From: Pyrinomonadaceae bacterium | GTDB taxonomy: Bacteria > Acidobacteriota > Blastocatellia > Pyrinomonadales > Pyrinomonadaceae | Length of the DNA stretch: 64,000 nt | Direction of reading: 5' to 3' | NCBI GenBank assembly: GCA_035947355.1 | Contig: DASZKF010000293.1 | Coordinates: forward strand, 2,697 to 66,696 | In this document: one piece after another, positions 28,639 to 35,248 of the stretch | How positions within the stretch are numbered: the first letter of the stretch is position 1 | How the letters are laid out: each line of letters opens with the position of its first letter | Notes under the pieces: generated by a model | Database searches by the model: none | The model's input: the letters and a program-made list of their open reading frames with translations, nothing else | Told to the model about the DNA's origin: nothing | Position numbers and translations under genes: made by a program

Positions 28639-28723
28639 CCATAACCCCTCTGCGCGCCGCGCCGCCGGACAAGAAGCGCCTGCCCGCCGGCCCCCGGCCG
28701 CCGAGAATCGGGCGCTCGGCCGT

Positions 28724-28738
28724 TGGCGCGGCGCTTGC
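28724..28738 (+). promoter_or_regulatory. candidate sigma-54 (-24/-12) promoter
   Basis: TGGCGC-GGCGC-TTGC matches TGGCAC-N5-TTGC, including the GG/GC spacing. It lies 63 nt upstream of the first ORF of the tail-like locus and downstream of the bEBP gene. Confidence 0.5.
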
Positions 28739-28800
28739 GTTGACGCGCGCGTGCGTTCTCGGTGCTTGGCGTCGGCGTTTCTCGAAGGCGTTTATCGAAT

Positions 28801-29073
28801 ATGTGCGCAATCAGTGAGGAGCAATCCGCCCGCGAGATCCTGTCATACCTGGCCGAACACGAAGAGGCGCAGGACACGGTCGAAGGCATCGTGGAATGGT
28901 GGCTGTTGGAGCAGAGAATCAAGCAGCAGACGGTCGGGGTCAAAAGGGCGCTCGCCGCCCTGGTGGGGACGGGACTGGTTCTCGAGCGCAAGGGCCGGGA
29001 CGCGAGGCTCCACTACCGCATCAACCGCCACCGGATGCAGGAGATACGTGCGCTGCTCAGTCAGGCGTCGTGA
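28801..29073 (+). CDS. small hypothetical protein, possibly winged-helix-like
   Basis: ATG at 28801 (MCAISEEQSAREILSYLAEHEE...). 'ALAALVGTGLVLERKGRDARLHYRIN' looks like a recognition helix plus wing. First ORF after the sigma-54 promoter. Confidence 0.4.
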   Translation: MCAISEEQSAREILSYLAEHEEAQDTVEGIVEWWLLEQRIKQQTVGVKRALAALVGTGLVLERKGRDARLHYRINRHRMQEIRALLSQAS

Positions 29074-29118
29074 GGCGAGGGCGGGGCCTCGCCGGCCTCG
29101 CGCGTGAGGTGGAGCGGG

Positions 29119-30015
29119 ATGGCTAGCCCCAGTTTAGACCAGGTCGTCGCGGCCATGATGGACACGCTCGACGATTTCTTCCCGCCGGCCCCGGCCGGGC
29201 CGCCGCCGCCCGGCGTCTCGCTCGTCAGCGTCACGGAGAAGCAGGTCGGGCTGGGCGGCCTCCGCGGCCTGGAGACGCGCAGCCCCTTCTCGACCTCGCT
29301 CCTCCGAGGGGTCAGGCTCGACGCGGTCGTCCGCTTCCAGGTCTGGGGCGACACGCCGGCCGCGGCCGACGACCTGATGACGCAGCAGCACGCGCTGCTG
29401 CTCGCCGCCAAGGAGCAGCTCAAGGTCGCGGGCTTCCTCACCGTCGCCGCGCAGTCCACCTCGCTCGTGAACTTCGTCGGCGCCCTCAACTTCTGGCGGA
29501 AGTTCGCCGACTACCACGTGCTCTACGAGTTCGCCTTTCAGGACAGCGGAGACGCCGGCGGGCTCATCGCGCGCATACCCGTCGGGATCGACAGCGTCTA
29601 CAACGAGCAAACCGTCGTCACGGACGAGACGGTGCGCTGGGGCGACGTGGAGGCGCCCGACCTGGAGGTGCGCGCCGGGGTCGCGAGGCCGTTCCGCGTC
29701 AGGGCGCTGTACGTCCTGGCCTCCCTGCCCGCGGGCTGGGACGGCGACGGGGTCACGGTCTCGTCCTCGGTCGGCGGCGTGCCGCAGCAGCGGGGCTTCG
29801 CCAGCGTCCGGGATTTTTTCAACGCTCTTACGCCGGAGCCGGGGACGGTCGAACTCGGGGGTGCAGTCTTCAGCGCCGGGCGTCTCGCCTTTCCGAACGC
29901 GGACTTCCCGGCCCCCATCCTGCTCGCCCGCGGGGGGGATCTCTTTCGCGTGGTGTACGCCGCGCCCCCCCTGAATCACGCCGACGCCGTCGTGTACCTG
30001 CGCGCGCTGGGTTGA
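29119..30015 (+). CDS. hypothetical protein, possible DUF4255/Afp16-like tail cap (terminator)
   Basis: ATG at 29119 after GAGGTGGAG. N-terminal 'LDQVVAAMMDTLDDFF' and 'LDAVVRFQVWGDTPAAADDLMTQQHALLL' loosely resemble the DUF4255 N-terminal pattern. Its position directly before the sheath gene fits. The assignment is weak. Confidence 0.35.
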   Translation: MASPSLDQVVAAMMDTLDDFFPPAPAGPPPPGVSLVSVTEKQVGLGGLRGLETRSPFSTSLLRGVRLDAVVRFQVWGDTPAAADDLMTQQHALLLAAKEQLKVAGFLTVAAQSTSLVNFVGALNFWRKFADYHVLYEFAFQDSGDAGGLIARIPVGIDSVYNEQTVVTDETVRWGDVEAPDLEVRAGVARPFRVRALYVLASLPAGWDGDGVTVSSSVGGVPQQRGFASVRDFFNALTPEPGTVELGGAVFSAGRLAFPNADFPAPILLARGGDLFRVVYAAPPLNHADAVVYLRALG

Positions 30016-30108
30016 GGCGCGCCGGGCGGGGAGCCGAAGCAGCGTGCGCGCGGTCGCCGCGGGGCGCCCACGGGACCCCCGCGACATAAAAGTTAAGGAG
30101 GAATCGAG

Positions 30109-31818
30109 ATGGCAGAGATGATCCTGCCGGGAGTCTACATCGAGGTGCGGGCCGAGGGGCTCATCGTCCCCGGCCGCGTGACGGTAGGCAACCTGGGCGT
30201 GTTAGGCACGGCGAGCAACGGGCCGGTCGGGGTGCCGGTCATCGTAGGCAGCTACACCGAGGCCCGCGAGCGCTTCGGCGACTTCGACGCCTGGGGCGGC
30301 GGGACGAACAACGAGCTGACGCTGGTGCGCGCCCTCGAACTCGCCTTCGGCCACGGCGCGACGACCGTCTTCGCGCTGCGCGTCAGCTCGCTGGCGGCGA
30401 ACCAGGGGGCGGCGACTTACCTCCTCAGCTCGCCGGGCGGCGACAACGTCACGCTGACGGCGAAGAACCCTGGCACCTGGGGCAACGACCTCCAGGTCAA
30501 CGTCACGGCCGCCGACCAGGACGCCTTCGTCGAAAACGAGACGATTACGGATGACGGGCCTTTCAAATTGGCCTTCCCGCCGGTCGTCGCGAGCGCCCGC
30601 AACCGCGTCCGCCGCCGCATCGCCGCCACCGGCGAGACGCGCTCGCTCGGCATCATCTACGACGACGACCCGGCCGCGCCGGGCCCGAACCAGGTGAAGA
30701 TCAACCGCGCGGACGGGGTCATCACTTTCGGCACGCCCCTGGATGACGACGACATCCTCACCGTCTCCTACGTCGTAGACCGCGCCAGCGCGCGCAAGGT
30801 GACGCTGCGCTACAGGCAGTCGCAGGAGGTCTACACCATCGTGAGCGGCGACGACCTGGTGAGCGAGATCAACCGCAGCCCCGGCGGCTCGGCCCTCGTC
30901 ACGGCCGTGGCCGAGACCAACGCGGGCCAACTGCCCGACTCGTCGGCCGGCCCGAACGCCTTCTCGAACTTCGGCACCGGCACCAACACGCCCGGCGCCA
31001 ACGGCGAGGACGCCGACGCGGGCGACTACCAGGTCGCCCTCAACCTGCTGCTCAACGAGCCGGTGCACATCGTCGTCGCCGCCGGGCAGGACGACAGCTT
31101 CGGCGACGAGCTGAACGCGCACGTCCAGTCGGCCTCGACCGACACGATCAAGGGCGACCGCATCGCGGTGGTCGGCAGCCGCCTCGGCGCGACCGTGGAC
31201 GACCTGCGCGGCCACACGCTCGACAGCGACCGCCTCATCTTCGTCGCGCCCGGCGTGAAGGTGACCGACACCGGCCTCAGGCCGGACGGCACCATCAGCG
31301 GCGACGAGGTGACGCTGCCCGGCGCGTACGCGGCGGCGGCCGTGGCCGGGCTGCTGGCCGGGCTCTCGCCGCACGTCAGCCTGACGAACAAGGTCGTCTC
31401 GATCGGCGGCCTGGAGCGGCGCTTCACGGCGGCCGAGCTGACCCAGCTCGTGCAGAGCCGCGTCTTCGCCCTCGAACAGCGCCAGGGCTTCCGCGTCGTG
31501 AAGGGCATCACGACCTCGACCAACTCGGCCTTCGCGCAGATCACCACCCGGCGCATCGTGGACTTCGCCAAGTACGGCGTGCGCTCGGCGGCCACCCCCT
31601 TCATCGGCCGGCTCAACAACGAGCGGGTGCGCACGGCGCTGCACGGCACGGTCAACCTCTTCCTCGGCGAGATGGTCAACGACGAGATGCTCGTCAGCTA
31701 CGAGCTGGAGGTCACGGCCACGCGCGAGGAGGAGCGGCAGGGCATCGTCCGGGTGAACATGGTGCTCCGTCCCGTGTTCAGCATCGACTTCATCAAGGTC
31801 ACCATGTTCCTCGAATAA
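30109..31818 (+). CDS. contractile tail sheath protein
   Basis: RBS AAGGAGG. N-terminus 'ILPGVYIEV', and C-terminal 'FAL.QRQGFRVVKGITT...RRIVDFAKYGVR' is typical of the phage tail sheath family. 569 aa as a single polypeptide. Confidence 0.9.
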   Translation: MAEMILPGVYIEVRAEGLIVPGRVTVGNLGVLGTASNGPVGVPVIVGSYTEARERFGDFDAWGGGTNNELTLVRALELAFGHGATTVFALRVSSLAANQGAATYLLSSPGGDNVTLTAKNPGTWGNDLQVNVTAADQDAFVENETITDDGPFKLAFPPVVASARNRVRRRIAATGETRSLGIIYDDDPAAPGPNQVKINRADGVITFGTPLDDDDILTVSYVVDRASARKVTLRYRQSQEVYTIVSGDDLVSEINRSPGGSALVTAVAETNAGQLPDSSAGPNAFSNFGTGTNTPGANGEDADAGDYQVALNLLLNEPVHIVVAAGQDDSFGDELNAHVQSASTDTIKGDRIAVVGSRLGATVDDLRGHTLDSDRLIFVAPGVKVTDTGLRPDGTISGDEVTLPGAYAAAAVAGLLAGLSPHVSLTNKVVSIGGLERRFTAAELTQLVQSRVFALEQRQGFRVVKGITTSTNSAFAQITTRRIVDFAKYGVRSAATPFIGRLNNERVRTALHGTVNLFLGEMVNDEMLVSYELEVTATREEERQGIVRVNMVLRPVFSIDFIKVTMFLE

Positions 31819-31831
31819 GGAGAGTACGAGT

Positions 31832-32395
31832 ATGGCAATGACCAACGTCTACACCGGGGCGAACGGGATCCTCGTGTTCATGGCGGCCGGCACCGCCACG
31901 GAGACCGCCGACGCCGACGCCCTGCTCGGAGACCAGATGTACAACCTCTTCGACGTCGGGCGCGTCACCGACGTCGAGGTCTGCGTCAAGACCGAGCTGT
32001 CGGAGTACCACGAGATCGGCCGGCGGCACGCCACTTCGCTCCACCCCGGCAACATCCACGTCAGCGGCAAGGTGGGCCGCGCCTACATCAACGGCGCGCT
32101 CCTCTTCCTGCTGCTCGGGCGCGGCGCGAACCCGAACAACATCGACGAGCCCTACGTCCAGCCGACGCTCCAGATGCAGGTCGTCCTCCAGGACCCGGCC
32201 GTCCCCGAAACGCGCTCGGTGGTGACGATCGAGAACGTGAAGTTCGAGAACTGGTCCTTCGCGCTGCCGGAAGACGACTTCGTGATGGAGAACGTCACGT
32301 TCAAGGCGTTGCGCATCCGCGTGCAGGACGAGGAGGCGCCGTCGCCCGGCGGCGAGCGCGCCGTGAAGACGCCGCAGTTCCCGGAGGCCGGATGA
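31832..32395 (+). CDS. tail tube protein
   Basis: Starts 14 nt after the sheath gene. 187 aa and beta-rich. 'VTDVEVCVKTELSEYHEIGRRH...GNIHVSGKVGRAYINGALL' resembles the tube (gp19/FII-like) pattern. Call based on position and size. Confidence 0.7.
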   Translation: MAMTNVYTGANGILVFMAAGTATETADADALLGDQMYNLFDVGRVTDVEVCVKTELSEYHEIGRRHATSLHPGNIHVSGKVGRAYINGALLFLLLGRGANPNNIDEPYVQPTLQMQVVLQDPAVPETRSVVTIENVKFENWSFALPEDDFVMENVTFKALRIRVQDEEAPSPGGERAVKTPQFPEAG

Positions 32396-32409
32396 CGGAG
32401 GCTTAGCAG

Positions 32410-32877
32410 ATGACGCTGACCGCTGAAGAACTGCTGGCCGGCGGTGCCCTGACCCACGAGGTGGAGGTCCCGCCCGACCTGCTCGGGGCGAACGGCGGCG
32501 GACAGGCCGGCGCGCGGCTGACGCTGCGGCCGCTCACCGTGCGCGACCTCCAGCGCATCGGCCGCGCCGCCCGCGACGACGACGGCCTCTCGGCGGCGCT
32601 GATGATCCAGCAGGCGCTCGTCGAGCCGCCGCTCAAGATGGAGCAGGTCTCGCAACTGCCGGCCGGCCTCGCCCGCTTCCTCGTCGAGCGCATCAACGCC
32701 ATCAGCGGCGTGAGCACGCCGCGCGGCGAGCTGGAGGAACTCGTCCAGGCGCCGCTCGCCAAAGCCTGCTTCGTCCTCGCGAAGGAGTTCGGCTGGACGC
32801 CCGAGCAGGTCAGCGGGATGACCATCGGTCAGATCCTGCTCTACCTGCAAATGGCCGACGGGGGGGATGGCGCATGA
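32410..32877 (+). CDS. tail assembly chaperone-like protein (gpE/gpG analogue)
   Basis: 'ARLTLRPLTVRDLQRI' resembles the conserved chaperone motif. Its position between the tube gene and the tape-measure slot fits. A G7 run lies just before the stop. Confidence 0.5.
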   Translation: MTLTAEELLAGGALTHEVEVPPDLLGANGGGQAGARLTLRPLTVRDLQRIGRAARDDDGLSAALMIQQALVEPPLKMEQVSQLPAGLARFLVERINAISGVSTPRGELEELVQAPLAKACFVLAKEFGWTPEQVSGMTIGQILLYLQMADGGDGA

Positions 32878-34214
32878 GTGCGCGCGCGCTCAACGCGCTC
32901 GCCGCGGGCCGGGCCCCGGCCTGCTGGCGGCGGGAGACGGCGCGGGAGGCCGCGAGGCCGGGCGCGCTGCGGCGCGCCTGCGCCTGGGTCGCGGAGTCGG
33001 CCCCGCCCGTCAGGCTGCGCGCGGAGCCACTCTTCGGCTCCTGCCTGTCTTCATTCGCGAGCGGCGACGGCCGCGCGGCCGACCCGCCGCAGGCCGTCCC
33101 CTGCTCGCCCCGGCCCGCGGGCGCGACTCCCGACGACCCGCCTCAGCGGCCCGCACCTTTCTCGTGCGCGCACGGCGACGCGAAGCCGGCGCCGCCCGAG
33201 TTGCCCGAGCGGGCAGACCGCGAACTGCTCTGCCGGCTGGCGGGCGAGGAGACACGACCGGCCGACTCCGCGAAATCCACGCGGCGCGAGTCGGAAGTTT
33301 GCCACCCTGAGCCGCGCCCGCGCGCGCGCCGCGCCGCCGCGCCCGAGTGCGGGGCCTCGGGACCCAGACCTTCGCCTCCGCCCGAGCCGCCACGGCCCGC
33401 GCGGGACGTGCGTCCGCAGTCCCGCCCGGCCGACCTGTGTGACGCGACACGTTCGGCCTCGGCGCAGAGCCGCTGGCGGGACGAATTGAGCGGGCGCACG
33501 CGCCGCGTACTGGCGCGCGCGGGGTCGCCGCCGGCGGCGGCCGACGCGCGCGAGGAGAAGCCCTTCGACGGACTCTGGGCTCAGCCGGTCGCGGCAGGGC
33601 CGGAGGCCCCGCCCGGGCTGTTGAGCAACCTGGTCAACCCTCCGCGCTCGACCGAACCGGCCGCCCGCGACGAACGCGTCCCGGCCGGTAGAAGGAAGCC
33701 TGTCAACCCGGCGGACTCCGAGCCCCCCGCACGACGCACCAGGCCGCCCCTGACCCAAGAGGGGGCGGGTCTCGCCTCGTCCGAACGGTTCGCCGCCCCG
33801 GGCGTCGGAAGTGCGAACGGCGCACCGGCACCGCGCAGGCATTCGCACGCGTCGGCCGCGGCCGGAGCGGCGCGTGCGCCCGCTCAAGCAGACGGCCCGC
33901 CGCACGGGCACCGGCGGGCCGTCACTCCGGAGGGGGAGTATCTGGGGCCGCTGCGTGGCGTCTTAGACACGCAGGCGGCGGACGACGACGCCGAAGGTTT
34001 GTGGGCCAGAGGCGGCGACCCGCCCGCGCTCGCCGCGCAGTTGCCGCCGCTGATCCCGGCCCCGGCCGGCTGGCCCGCGCCCGGCGTCGCCTCGGCGGCG
34101 GCCCGGCAGGGCGCGCGCGACGAGGCCGCCGCCGACGAAGACCTTGAGGCGCTGGCGGCGAAGATCAGACGCATCCTCGAAGAGGACGCGCGCCGCCACG
34201 GGATTGACGTTTAG
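32874..34214 (+). CDS. Pro/Ala/Arg-rich low-complexity protein occupying the tape-measure slot
   Basis: ATGA overlap with the chaperone gene. 446 aa, the only ORF spanning the interval with consistently GC-rich third positions. Ends in the amphipathic 'DEDLEALAAKIRRILEEDARRHGIDV'. Confidence 0.45.
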   Translation: MSARALNALAAGRAPACWRRETAREAARPGALRRACAWVAESAPPVRLRAEPLFGSCLSSFASGDGRAADPPQAVPCSPRPAGATPDDPPQRPAPFSCAHGDAKPAPPELPERADRELLCRLAGEETRPADSAKSTRRESEVCHPEPRPRARRAAAPECGASGPRPSPPPEPPRPARDVRPQSRPADLCDATRSASAQSRWRDELSGRTRRVLARAGSPPAAADAREEKPFDGLWAQPVAAGPEAPPGLLSNLVNPPRSTEPAARDERVPAGRRKPVNPADSEPPARRTRPPLTQEGAGLASSERFAAPGVGSANGAPAPRRHSHASAAAGAARAPAQADGPPHGHRRAVTPEGEYLGPLRGVLDTQAADDDAEGLWARGGDPPALAAQLPPLIPAPAGWPAPGVASAAARQGARDEAAADEDLEALAAKIRRILEEDARRHGIDV

Positions 34215-34262
34215 GGCGCGCGGGGTTGACGTTCAGGACGCCCGCGGGAGGTGAGGGGCCTT

Positions 34263-34787
34263 ATGCGACCGATGCTCGACGACATCGAGCTGCCGCAGGT
34301 GCAGGAGATCGCCACGCTTGAGCGCCGCGTCCTCGCCGAGCACAAGCCGCCCGGCATGTCCGGCAGCCTCTTGCAGGACATGGGGCGGCGCCCCGCGCGT
34401 CTCACCCTGTGGGGCGTCGCCACCGGCCCCGAGGCGCGCGCCTTCGTCGAGAAGCTCGACGAGAAGTTCCGGGCCGCGGCGCCCGTCCCCTTCGTCGGCG
34501 ACATCGTGGCCGACGCCGACATCGAGCGGGTGGTGATCGAGAACCTGCGCGTGCAGGACCTCGCGGGCAAGCCCGAGCGCTTCGCCTACGTGCTCACCCT
34601 GCGCGAGTTCGTCGAGCCGGTCGCGGCGGAAGACCTCTCGCCGCTCGACGAGAGCATCGCCGGCGACGCGCTGGGCCTGATGGACAACCTCGTCAACGGC
34701 TTCGAGATCGTCGAGCGGCTCTCGGCCTTCGTGGGGCGCTTGACCGAACTGAATGAGGCCCTGCGGCGCCTGGCGAACCAGCCGTAG
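34263..34787 (+). CDS. hub/tube-initiator-like protein (Mu gp43 / Afp7 N-domain-like), short paralog
   Basis: ATG at 34263 after GGGAGGTGAGG. 'MLDDIELPQVQEI...LAEHKPPGMSGSLLQDMGRRPARLTLWGV...PVPFVGDIV...LAGKPERFAYVLTLREF' is clearly paralogous to the N-terminus of 35249..37120. Confidence 0.5.
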   Translation: MRPMLDDIELPQVQEIATLERRVLAEHKPPGMSGSLLQDMGRRPARLTLWGVATGPEARAFVEKLDEKFRAAAPVPFVGDIVADADIERVVIENLRVQDLAGKPERFAYVLTLREFVEPVAAEDLSPLDESIAGDALGLMDNLVNGFEIVERLSAFVGRLTELNEALRRLANQP

Positions 34788-34812
34788 CGGCCGCCCGATG
34801 AGGGGGAGGACG

Positions 34813-35202
34813 ATGGAAGAGAACGTTCTGGAGAAACTCAAAGAGGCGCTGCAAGAGCTTTCCACCCTGCTCGACGACCCGGCGGTGCAGACGGCCATCC
34901 GGGCCGTCCCCGACGCGATCATGGACCCCGTCGTCGGGGGGCTCAAGACCGTGCTCAACGTCATCAAGGACGCGCTCAAAGAGTTGAAGAACAGCCTCGG
35001 CAGCGTCACGGCGCTCGAAGACCTCCTCAAGACGGTCAACGACCTGCTGGCGGCGGCCGAGGGGCTGGCGCCGGGGCAGAAGGGCACGCTCAACACGGTC
35101 AAGACCATCGTCAAGACGCTTCAGGACCTGCCCGGCATCGCCGACATCGAGGAGATATTGACCCTCATCGGCCAACTCGTCGCCAAGCTGGAGGCGCTCT
35201 GA
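34813..35202 (+). CDS. small all-helical Leu/Lys/Asp-rich hypothetical protein
   Basis: ATG at 34813 after AGGGGGAGGA. 129 aa with heptad-like 'LKEALQELSTLL...LKTVLNVIKDALKELKNSL...VKTIVKTLQDL'. Confidence 0.45.
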   Translation: MEENVLEKLKEALQELSTLLDDPAVQTAIRAVPDAIMDPVVGGLKTVLNVIKDALKELKNSLGSVTALEDLLKTVNDLLAAAEGLAPGQKGTLNTVKTIVKTLQDLPGIADIEEILTLIGQLVAKLEAL

Positions 35203-35248
35203 AGCCGGGCGGCCCGCGCCGGCGACGCGCGGGCGGAGAACGAGTCGT

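Noticed and set aside
33051-33911. Alternative frames open across the tape-measure-slot gene: 32867..33310, 32878..33489, 33010..33450(-) and 33051..33911(-).
   Set aside because: None spans the whole interval or couples to neighbouring genes. Only 32874..34214 fills the gap, overlaps the chaperone stop by ATGA and ends just before the next RBS. Frame choice still deserves proteomic confirmation.
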